IMG/VR virus record: IMGVR_UViG_3300030099_003815
Span: 1-41,255 of that record
Length of the DNA stretch: 41,255 bases
Source of the DNA: a virus
Taxonomy: Duplodnaviria > Caudoviricetes
Reading direction: 5' to 3' (one strand)
A model generated the notes under the pieces. It was not told the DNA's origin and made no database searches. It saw only the letters and a list, made by a program, of their open reading frames with translations. The translations under genes and the position numbers were made by a program. Below are positions 28,751 to 36,239 of the stretch, in pieces; the stretch's first letter is position 1; each line of letters starts with the position of its first letter.

Positions 28751-30371
28751 TTAACATCGGCTCCATTCCTGCATTCTTGGCAGCGACTGACATATCTTTA
28801 GCCGTTGTGGCTTGTTGTTGCATCATTGCTGCTTCTTGCATTTGTTGTTCATTTTGTGCTCTGGCTTCACGTTGTTCTGCTACTGTTTTAGCATCTACAA
28901 GCGTTTCTGTCGGAGCGTCTAGTGTATGGTGCGCCCATCTAAACGTACCATCTGCATTTATATTGTCAAATATCTCTGGCTTAACATTTGCCAAAGGTAT
29001 CATTTGTTCTAAAAATCTTGTAAAGTTAAAGACTGACTGTGCCTTCTGAGCACGTGCTACAGGTGATATATAATCAACATGCAGCTTGACGCCTTCTAGT
29101 TCACCTGGCGGTCTAGCTATTTCGTTACGCCTTAGCATAAGAGCAAAGACACGATCGATCATAGGGCCAAGAAACTCAGATTGTAGTCGGCCAACCATTG
29201 GACCCATAAGCCTCATCTTTTCTTCTTGACGTTGTAAGACTTCAGTTGCAGTCATTTGTGGACCGTCTCGCATTTGCAGCCAGTCTACATGAAACGATTT
29301 ACTGATATGCTCACGTCTAGACTCAATAAAATCTAAGCCTACGTCAGGTCTTTCGCCACCAATCAGTGGTTCCACCTTATCTGGTGTACCTGATCGATAG
29401 TAATTTAAGCCACCTGGTATAGTACGTAATGGCATCATAAAGCCATCATCTGGTACCATAAGTGGTGGATCTGTTGCTTTTTGTGCTGCCCTGATAGTAG
29501 TCTTCATCATTTCATTGACCATACGAATATCAGGTAAACAAACCATAGCAGGTGATCGTCCATATACTTCGCCTGAGGTCTTAGACCATCGAGGTACCAT
29601 ATATGGAAACTCCATAAAGCCGCCTTCTTTTAGTAGTAGCTTTTCTTCTACTAAAACGTAGCAAGACTTAAAAGGCATGTTAAGTGCATCTTTCTTTTCT
29701 TCTCCCGTATATTGTAAGTCAGCCCTAGGTTCAACTGCATGTACACAGGTAAACTCTTGGAATGGCTGCTTACTAGCTATCTCTTTAAACTTATCGGGTA
29801 AAACCTCAGAATACAACTGCATCAATTGTCTAGCTGTATGCTTGTACTTCCTATAACAAGTATCAATCATTCCCTCATGGTTTTCTGCTACATAACAGTC
29901 TGCCAAGTGGAAAGATCTAAACTGTATAGGTTTGCCTGGTCTGTCTTCAACGTAAAATACTGCAGTACCATAAGCACCTATATCTAGGTACATTTCATGA
30001 ACTGACGTAATGAAGTTGGTTTCAGGTAAATTAAAGCACTGATCAAACATTTGTTCGACAGTACCTTGCAGCCATGTCCTCATTGCAAGGTTTGGCTCGT
30101 CAGTGCCCGGCACTCGTAGTGAGAACCAGCGCTCTGCTGTGTTGGTCAAATGACCATGTAATCCAGATGCCAATTGTTCATTGGCAAGTGGTGCTGTAGA
30201 GTCAAATACCTTATCAAATCTAGAACGACTACCCCTGAATTGCTTCGTGGTAAAATCCCCACGGCGAGGATTGACATAATCAGTACAATCCTGCCAGAGG
30301 TTTTCCCAGGGAGCACGCCAAGACTCAAGCTGCTCTAAGCGCTTGATAATTTGGTTTACAGCCTCTTTCAT
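28725..30371 (-). CDS. Portal (head-to-tail connector, T7 gp8-like)
   Basis: FDSTAPLA...LASGL, PYMVPRWSKTSGEVYGRSPAM, MTATEVLQRQEEK, YISPVARAQK. Confidence 0.95.
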   Translation of the reverse strand: MKEAVNQIIKRLEQLESWRAPWENLWQDCTDYVNPRRGDFTTKQFRGSRSRFDKVFDSTAPLANEQLASGLHGHLTNTAERWFSLRVPGTDEPNLAMRTWLQGTVEQMFDQCFNLPETNFITSVHEMYLDIGAYGTAVFYVEDRPGKPIQFRSFHLADCYVAENHEGMIDTCYRKYKHTARQLMQLYSEVLPDKFKEIASKQPFQEFTCVHAVEPRADLQYTGEEKKDALNMPFKSCYVLVEEKLLLKEGGFMEFPYMVPRWSKTSGEVYGRSPAMVCLPDIRMVNEMMKTTIRAAQKATDPPLMVPDDGFMMPLRTIPGGLNYYRSGTPDKVEPLIGGERPDVGLDFIESRREHISKSFHVDWLQMRDGPQMTATEVLQRQEEKMRLMGPMVGRLQSEFLGPMIDRVFALMLRRNEIARPPGELEGVKLHVDYISPVARAQKAQSVFNFTRFLEQMIPLANVKPEIFDNINADGTFRWAHHTLDAPTETLVDAKTVAEQREARAQNEQQMQEAAMMQQQATTAKDMSVAAKNAGMEPMLNGGQTPGN

Positions 30372-30374
30372 AAC

Positions 30375-30599
30375 TTAGTAATTACCAAGTTTCTCTGAAG
30401 CTCCACCCAGAAGTTTCTTCTTCTGAATTTTCTCCATTTCAACTCCTTCACCTGAAGTCAAGACTGTTGACTTGATACCTTTCTTCATCTTCTCAGCATC
30501 AGTCAAATCATCTACTGACTTTTTGATCTCCTCGTCACTCGCCTTAGGCGGTGTTGGAGCAGGTGGTGGGGGAGCTGGTGCTCTTCCGCCTCCGCACAT
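30375..30599 (-). CDS. Small virion protein (MCGGG-Pro-rich)
   Basis: MCGGGRAPAPPPP...STVLTSGEG...KKLLG, typical of the gene preceding this portal type. Confidence 0.7.
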   Translation of the reverse strand: MCGGGRAPAPPPPAPTPPKASDEEIKKSVDDLTDAEKMKKGIKSTVLTSGEGVEMEKIQKKKLLGGASEKLGNY

Positions 30600-30601
30600 A
30601 G

Positions 30602-31078
30602 TTACCTCCTTTTTACAAATGTATGCCCTACGGTTTTATACCCTAGAGCATTGTACAGTTGCCTCGTCTCCTCAGTTTTTACACCCGTCGACGAAGCGGG
30701 CCGTATTTCTTTCGCACCGTTTGCAAATGCCCAGTCCTCAAACTCTTTAATCAATCTAGCTGCAGCTATACCGCCACGCCTGTCTTGATTAACGAAGAGC
30801 AAAAGATCATTCGCTACTAGGTCCTTACCGAAATAATAACTCGAAATGAGTCCGACGTACATCGCAAAAATTTTATTTTCTTGCGACGTTACTAACTTAC
30901 AAAAATATACCTCTGGGTTTGATAGCCACATATGGGCTAGCGACGTAATTACTTCGGGGTCAAAGTCAAGGTGGCTATAGCTTGATTCTGCATGTGCTTC
31001 CTCTGCTAGCAGCAGTACTTGCTCTATATCGTCAAGTTTTAAGTTCCTAATAATTACCGAAGATTGCATACTCTCCAT
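30602..31078 (-). CDS. GNAT acetyltransferase
   Basis: LFVNQDRRGGIAAARLIKEFEDWA (motif A) and LYNALGY. Confidence 0.85.
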   Translation of the reverse strand: MESMQSSVIIRNLKLDDIEQVLLLAEEAHAESSYSHLDFDPEVITSLAHMWLSNPEVYFCKLVTSQENKIFAMYVGLISSYYFGKDLVANDLLLFVNQDRRGGIAAARLIKEFEDWAFANGAKEIRPASSTGVKTEETRQLYNALGYKTVGHTFVKRR

Positions 31079-32351
31079 CCGCCATACGTGGCAAATTCTT
31101 ATTATTTTTATTAATACGGTCCCTGATCCCTAGTGCTAGATACCTAAATGCATCAGCGGGGTGTGATGTCCAGTCATGGAGTGGGCGATCTTTGAAAGTC
31201 TTCTGTTTTTCATCATAGTCTTTTCTGTACTGTCTTAAGGCTTCAATCAACCGCTCACACTTATGCTCGTCCATATAACAACGGGGCAATATACTACGTG
31301 CTGCCTCAATGCCGTCGTCTATACGTAGATTAGGAGCAACACGGAATCTTATGCCAAGTTCACGTGCTACTTCTATACGAGATTTACCTGTACTAAAGTC
31401 TCTGACCTGTATATCGTGGGGCGCGATGTGATCGCCGTAGACGTACTCTTTTTCACGTACGACCTTTATGTAATGAGCTAGCCCCTCTCCCTCATTTTCA
31501 TAATAATCAATAATCCTGATCTCGTTGTGATGCATCTGGAAGAAGATAATCACAGTCGAGTCGCCTACACCAAGGTCCCAAGCTGTATGCACGTCAAGTG
31601 TTGGCTCATACGGTACTTTGGTCAGGTGATTATCAGCTAGTAAGCGAGCCATCGCATTACCATAGTAAGATCCGACAAGTGGCGCATCAAAACTACAGAA
31701 AAACTCTTGTTGTATCATTTCTTCTGGCATACCTGCTGCACGTTCTTCGTCGATTGCAGATATAGGTATTGCCCTTGTATCTTCTACAGATAGCACTTGC
31801 TGGAACCAAGATTCATTCTTCTTGGCTACATTTAGTAAGTCATATCCGTGATTTCTACCTCGAGCGGTATAAATAAACATTGCCCATCCTCCGTTCTCTG
31901 CCAAGATGGGACGAATGTAATCCCATGCCCTAGGGTCCTGAAGGGCATATTCAGAGAATACCACTCCAACGGGGTTTGCTCCAACGAGTCTATCGACGTT
32001 ATCGGTACCCACCACCTGATAGATTGAGCCATTTTTAAGTGTTAACCTCATTTCCGTATTATTTACTGCTTCATGCATTTCTTTTGGGAAATGATCTAAA
32101 AACTTACGGCCATCTCTAGTCATGCCATCCCAAGCGATCTTACGACCTTGGTTATATGTAGGGAATAAATGCCAGTATAAACCGGGACGCGTCAACGCGG
32201 AGACTGCACACCAGTTAATGCTGCACAAGTCTTTACCTGCTCGGCGATGCCAAACACAGACAGCTCTTTTGCCGCCGTTTTCAAAAAACTTCCACATAGG
32301 CATTTGATACGGGCGTGGTCGCCAGTCACTCGGTACTTGTATCTGAGTCAT
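31047..32351 (-). CDS. terL: Terminase large subunit
   Basis: RPYQ, WHRRAGKD (Walker A), VVFSEY (Walker B), AWDLGVGDST, HDWTSHPADAFRY nuclease motifs. Confidence 0.95.
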   Translation of the reverse strand: MTQIQVPSDWRPRPYQMPMWKFFENGGKRAVCVWHRRAGKDLCSINWCAVSALTRPGLYWHLFPTYNQGRKIAWDGMTRDGRKFLDHFPKEMHEAVNNTEMRLTLKNGSIYQVVGTDNVDRLVGANPVGVVFSEYALQDPRAWDYIRPILAENGGWAMFIYTARGRNHGYDLLNVAKKNESWFQQVLSVEDTRAIPISAIDEERAAGMPEEMIQQEFFCSFDAPLVGSYYGNAMARLLADNHLTKVPYEPTLDVHTAWDLGVGDSTVIIFFQMHHNEIRIIDYYENEGEGLAHYIKVVREKEYVYGDHIAPHDIQVRDFSTGKSRIEVARELGIRFRVAPNLRIDDGIEAARSILPRCYMDEHKCERLIEALRQYRKDYDEKQKTFKDRPLHDWTSHPADAFRYLALGIRDRINKNNKNLPRMADGEYAIFGNY

Positions 32352-32628
32352 CTAGATCTGCAAACTTTACAACTTGAATATTAACGCTGCCGTCGACTGT
32401 AGCGTCGATGTCAACAGCTTTACGCTTAGGAGCTACATACTGCGCTAACTCTTTCATTGCAGCTAGTCTAAGGCTGTGATCGAGTGATGTGTCGTTCATG
32501 ATCATAGCCATGCCCTCAATCGGGTCACAGTTTAGCTCTTCTAGCTTATCAGCTATAGCTTGTGATCGTTTGTTTGTGGCTCCAGCGGGTCTTCCTGCAC
32601 CCTCTCTTTTGCCGCCTTTACTTGACAT
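32326..32628 (-). CDS. terS: Terminase small subunit (putative)
   Basis: GGKREGAGRPAG...ELAQYVAPKRKAV; directly upstream of terL. Confidence 0.75.
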   Translation of the reverse strand: MSSKGGKREGAGRPAGATNKRSQAIADKLEELNCDPIEGMAMIMNDTSLDHSLRLAAMKELAQYVAPKRKAVDIDATVDGSVNIQVVKFADLDDSDTSTE

Positions 32629-32657
32629 GCATATATCTCCGTAAATTTAATATATAT

Positions 32658-32687
32658 ACCTTACTGTAAAAGTTAGTTCCTGTAAAC
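32658..32687 (-). promoter_or_regulatory. sigma70-like promoter for the packaging/structural operon
   Basis: gTTTACA-17 nt-TAAGGT upstream of terS. Confidence 0.6.
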
Positions 32688-32697
32688 TCGATATTGC

Positions 32698-32720
32698 TTA
32701 TTGGCATATTGTATTTATTG
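32698..32720. repeat. Left arm of perfect 23-bp inverted repeat
   Basis: TTATTGGCATATTGTATTTATTG is the exact reverse complement of 34014..34036. Confidence 0.9.
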
Positions 32721-33125
32721 GTAACTTACAAAGTATTAAAATTTATTTGTAATTATTTCCTATATATGATCAATATATTGTATCGGATAAACCCCGATTG
32801 CAAAAATTGCCCCCGCAGATCGACTAAACAGGCGCTACATGACCGCGAACCCGGCTCCGGCGCCCCCGGGCCCTGGTCTGGGGACCGCGGACAGATTAGT
32901 TTTGGTTTGGAAATATGTAACAATATCAATAGTTTATGGCAAATGCGCGCAGAAACGGGGCGATGTCTGCATAAATCGCAGCAGTCGGACCAGGATCCGT
33001 GCTGACAGGGAGAGGCTAGGAATTATTGATTAATATTGATATTATATCAGAGCACGACTAGTACAATATGTAGTGATATTGCTGCAGCAAGATACAAAAT
33101 GTCGTGATGTCAGTGAGTAGATAAT

Positions 33126-33159
33126 AAAAAAGCTCGATCATCGTTAGACAATCGAGCTT
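33126..33159 (-). terminator. Intrinsic terminator of the leftward 45-aa gene
   Basis: AAGCTCGAT...ATCGAGCTT stem with A6 on the + strand (U-tract on the - strand). Confidence 0.65.
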
Positions 33160-33177
33160 ATGTTAATATAATTTGTA

Positions 33178-33315
33178 TTAGTCGTCTTGTGTATCAGTGT
33201 CGTCTTTTGGTAAACCAACTGCTTCAGCTAATTTATCCAAAGTCTCTTGACCACTTGATGATAAGCGATCATAATCCCAATACATAAGATCGACTAGCTT
33301 TTGAACTTCGTTCAT
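33178..33315 (-). CDS. 45-aa acidic early protein (not in ORF track)
   Basis: MNEVQKLVDLMYWDYDRLSSSGQETLDKLAEAVGLPKDDTDTQDD with AAGGAG RBS, own promoter and terminator. Confidence 0.75.
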   Translation of the reverse strand: MNEVQKLVDLMYWDYDRLSSSGQETLDKLAEAVGLPKDDTDTQDD

Positions 33316-33340
33316 GCTATTCTCCTTTATGTGTTAATTA

Positions 33341-33369
33341 ATAGTACGACGATAAAATATATTTGTAAA
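33341..33369 (-). promoter_or_regulatory. sigma70-like promoter (leftward)
   Basis: TTTACA-17 nt-TACTAT, back to back with the rightward promoter across an AT-rich tract. Confidence 0.7.
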
Positions 33370-33397
33370 TAGTTTTTTAAATTAATTTTAAAATTAT

Positions 33398-33427
33398 GTT
33401 TACAATGCATTTTATACAATGTAGGTT
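33398..33427 (+). promoter_or_regulatory. sigma70-like early promoter (rightward)
   Basis: gTTTACA-17 nt-TAGGTT with an AT-rich UP-like tract upstream. Confidence 0.65.
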
Positions 33428-33456
33428 ATTTATATAAACAACAAAGGAGGCTTGTA

Positions 33457-33729
33457 ATGAGCAATATTATACGCCTCAGCGATTATGCCTATAAAAGGGC
33501 ATATAAAGCTGAGATCGACGTGGCACACGATTGTCCCGTCAACGACTTCATGGCCTGGGTCGAAAAATACGGGCTGAGCCAGCATTTAATTGCTGCAAAT
33601 GGGCCGGGCGGAGGTAACCCCTGCTTTGAGGTAACCCACCCGAACCGTGACACGCTTGCTGCAGCTTTGTCAGATTACCACGACGAGCCAGTATCAAGCA
33701 AGTTTATTGACGAAAACATATACCAGTAG
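33457..33729 (+). CDS. Hypothetical early protein
   Basis: AAAGGAGG RBS; NGPGGGNP motif. Confidence 0.75.
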   Translation: MSNIIRLSDYAYKRAYKAEIDVAHDCPVNDFMAWVEKYGLSQHLIAANGPGGGNPCFEVTHPNRDTLAAALSDYHDEPVSSKFIDENIYQ

Positions 33730-33738
33730 GAGGATAAT

Positions 33739-33912
33739 ATGGAAATGTATGATGAAATCAAGCCAAAAGCGTTTGCTTTTTTGGATAATTTGCGCGAAAG
33801 TGGCATTACTAACATGTTTGGTGCCACACCATACTTAGTCAAAGAGTTTGACATTGACAAAAAGGCTGCAGCCGTGCTGCTGATGGCCTGGATGCAGCAA
33901 TACAGCAGATAA
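33739..33912 (+). CDS. 57-aa early protein (not in ORF track)
   Basis: MEMYDEIKPKAFAFLDNLRESGITNMFGATPYLVKEFDIDKKAAAVLLMAWMQQYSR with AGGAGG RBS. Confidence 0.8.
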   Translation: MEMYDEIKPKAFAFLDNLRESGITNMFGATPYLVKEFDIDKKAAAVLLMAWMQQYSR

Positions 33913-33926
33913 TCTGTAGAGCGGTC

Positions 33927-33961
33927 GGGTGTGCTAATTTTGTATTGGCACACCCTTTTTT
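33927..33961 (+). terminator. Intrinsic terminator
   Basis: GGGTGTGCTAAT-loop-ATTGGCACACCC followed by T6. Confidence 0.85.
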
Positions 33962-34013
33962 ATTACCTATATACAACTTTTCAAAAAATAATTTTTATTT
34001 TATGCCCCATTGT

Positions 34014-34036
34014 CAATAAATACAATATGCCAATAA
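34014..34036. repeat. Right arm of perfect 23-bp inverted repeat
   Basis: CAATAAATACAATATGCCAATAA, reverse complement of 32698..32720. Confidence 0.9.
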
Positions 34037-34105
34037 TCTGATGCTATATCATATAAAGCGGTCGGCTCATTGTGTGTTGGCCATGATTCATGGTCCAATA
34101 AACGT

Positions 34106-34135
34106 GTGTACATTATCGGATTTTTGTTGTAGGAT
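34106..34135 (+). promoter_or_regulatory. sigma70-like early promoter
   Basis: gTGTACA-17 nt-TAGGAT before the AGAAAGGAG RBS. Confidence 0.6.
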
Positions 34136-34153
34136 CGTATACAGAAAGGAGAA

Positions 34154-34372
34154 ATGCTTATGATTGTAAGTGAATTATTAGAGCTGCTGCAGGGTCACGA
34201 CCCTAACGCAGAGGTAAAGATTGCGACCAATCGCGCCAACCCATATATGAGTTCAGTGCGTGGCGTCGTGAGTACAGGTGGAAGCTACCTGTTTATTTGT
34301 CAGGACTATGACAGCACAGCTATGGAGTCTGATCCATGGCAAGAGCTCGACGGTCCATACCCATATGAATAG
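34154..34372 (+). CDS. Hypothetical early protein
   Basis: M.VSELLELLQGHDPNAEV N-terminus common in small phage proteins; strong RBS. Confidence 0.75.
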   Translation: MLMIVSELLELLQGHDPNAEVKIATNRANPYMSSVRGVVSTGGSYLFICQDYDSTAMESDPWQELDGPYPYE

Positions 34373-34385
34373 AAAGGAGAATGGT

Positions 34386-34916
34386 ATGACATCATTAGAA
34401 ACAGCAAAAACAGCTATCGATAAGGGTATCGATGGTCTCAAGCAGCACTCAATGGCTGAATTAAATGGCATGTATTGCAATATTGTCAAGGCACCACAGG
34501 CGCCAAAGTTTAGTGACAAGACTGCTGCAGCCAAGCGTATTATCAAAATGGCTGAGCAAGCGCTAGCTAACGACCTAGAGCGGTCGGCTGAGTCTGAGGT
34601 TGGCAGCTTGACGCTGACACCATCGCCAGCTAAAATACCAGTCAAGGTCGGTAGGCCAAAAGCCAAGCCGCGTGAGTATATGTTTATCTCAGAGCAGTCT
34701 GAGGAGCATATTGCTGAATGCACCAAGCAGGCACGTGATATACACCAGAACATGGTCCACAATGAGTGGATACCAGAGTCTGAGGTGCGTATCCATGTCG
34801 AGGCTATGAAGGCCGAGGGCAAGCTGCAGACTACACAGTCGTCATGGCGTATATTTCAGTATTACCGTGCGCAGCTTATCAGTCGGTCATTGCTGAAAAT
34901 GCGTAACGCTGAGTAA
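34386..34916 (+). CDS. Hypothetical protein with C-terminal putative winged-helix-like domain
   Basis: ATG 34386 follows AGAAAGGAG (track start 34278 overlaps the upstream gene); C-terminus resembles 36015..36239. Confidence 0.7.
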   Translation: MTSLETAKTAIDKGIDGLKQHSMAELNGMYCNIVKAPQAPKFSDKTAAAKRIIKMAEQALANDLERSAESEVGSLTLTPSPAKIPVKVGRPKAKPREYMFISEQSEEHIAECTKQARDIHQNMVHNEWIPESEVRIHVEAMKAEGKLQTTQSSWRIFQYYRAQLISRSLLKMRNAE

Positions 34917-34935
34917 TATTAACCACAACCACAAG

Positions 34936-34961
34936 GGGGAGCGATCGGCTCCCCTTTTTTT
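34936..34961 (+). terminator. Intrinsic terminator
   Basis: GGGGAGC-GATCG-GCTCCCC followed by T7. Confidence 0.88.
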
Positions 34962-34978
34962 ATTTCCGTAATTTTTCC

Positions 34979-35009
34979 GTTTACATTCTGACTTTATCTG
35001 TGGTAGAAT
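34979..35009 (+). promoter_or_regulatory. sigma70-like promoter driving DUF932 and the nucleotide-modification operon
   Basis: gTTTACA-18 nt-TAGAAT with TGn extended -10. Confidence 0.7.
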
Positions 35010-35040
35010 GTAAACATAATGACTAGAAAGGAGAATGTGT

Positions 35041-36015
35041 ATGGCACATCAAGTTGAAACTATGGCGTATGCCGGTGAAGTCCCTTGGCACGGTTTAGGT
35101 ACCAAGGTAGAAGATAATCTTACCCCTCAAGAAATGATCGAGGCAGCAGGTCTTAATTGGACAGTATCAAGACGACCAGTCTTTGTACCCCAGGAGCCTG
35201 GCTATGATCATACTGAGGGTACACTCACAACTACCGAGTTTGGTATGCTTGTGCGTGACTCTGACAATAGGATCTTAGGTCCTTGCGGCAGAAACTATAT
35301 CCCTGCTCAAAACGAAGAGGTCTTTGGCTTTTTTAATAAGTTTGTAGAGTCAGGCGATATGACTATGGGCACAGCTGGTTCATTGGACAATGGCCGTCAG
35401 GTATGGGGTCTTGCAAATATCAAGCAAGGTTTTAAGTTGCCAGGCGGTGACGAGGTTCAAGGTCACTTGCTTATATCACACCCACACCAGTGGGGTAAAT
35501 CACTCACTATCATGTTCACTCCAGTCCGTGTCGTGTGTAACAACACATTGACTATGGCCTTGGGTCAACAAGGTGAGCGGTTCAGAATGCCACACGTTAA
35601 GGCATTCGATGCTGAGGTTGTTGCTGCAGCCGAGCAAGCATTAGGTCTAGCTTCAGAGCAACTCGAGTCGTTCGAAGAGCAGTCTAAGTTCCTTGCTAGC
35701 AAGCAGTACAATGATGATCACTTTGATCGTTTCCTTGCTCAGCTATTTCAACCAGCATTACTTGTTGACAATACCGTCGACCGTACGCAATTCAACCGTA
35801 CCTGTGAGACTGTACACGAGCTTGTACATACTCAGCCAGGTGCCAAGATGAGCGAAGGTTCATGGTGGTCTGCACTCAATGCTGTCACGTACTATGTAGA
35901 CCATAAGGCCGGTCGTAACCGTGACACCAGTCTACAGTCTGCATGGTTTGGTCCACGAGCTGCAACTAAACGTAAGGCTCTACAACTTGCCACGGAGATG
36001 GCGGAGGCTGCATAA
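35041..36015 (+). CDS. DUF932 family protein
   Basis: MAHQVETMAYAGEVPWHGLG, AGLNWTV, TAGSLDNGRQVW, TPVRVVCNNTL, SWWSALNAVTYYVDH. Confidence 0.9.
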   Translation: MAHQVETMAYAGEVPWHGLGTKVEDNLTPQEMIEAAGLNWTVSRRPVFVPQEPGYDHTEGTLTTTEFGMLVRDSDNRILGPCGRNYIPAQNEEVFGFFNKFVESGDMTMGTAGSLDNGRQVWGLANIKQGFKLPGGDEVQGHLLISHPHQWGKSLTIMFTPVRVVCNNTLTMALGQQGERFRMPHVKAFDAEVVAAAEQALGLASEQLESFEEQSKFLASKQYNDDHFDRFLAQLFQPALLVDNTVDRTQFNRTCETVHELVHTQPGAKMSEGSWWSALNAVTYYVDHKAGRNRDTSLQSAWFGPRAATKRKALQLATEMAEAA

Positions 36016-36239
36016 TGCAAACAACCTTCACTTTTGTGAAGTCATCAGACTCGTCCCTAGCCAAACAGGCTAGGGACATTCTTAATATTGTAGAAGCTAA
36101 AGGGTCGATTACAAAACAAGACCTGATACAGCAGATACAAGTTGACGTTAAATCGAAGCAAACCGCAGAGAGGCTGCTGTCATATTATAAGACAGCATTA
36201 ATCTCTGACGGCTATATGGAAGAGAGGAAACATGGCTAA
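36015..36239 (+). CDS. Small putative winged-helix-like protein
   Basis: KQARDILNIVEAKGSITKQDL...YYKTALISDGY; TAATG coupling. Confidence 0.65.
   Translation: MQTTFTFVKSSDSSLAKQARDILNIVEAKGSITKQDLIQQIQVDVKSKQTAERLLSYYKTALISDGYMEERKHG

Noticed and set aside
1937-32307. Numerous 60-135 aa antisense or alternate-frame ORFs inside large genes
   Set aside because: They are fully nested in well-supported CDSs and lack RBSs or recognisable motifs.
32694-33033. Track ORFs 32694..33005 and 32839..33033
   Set aside because: No RBS, atypical composition, and they overlap the repeat and GC patch of a regulatory region.
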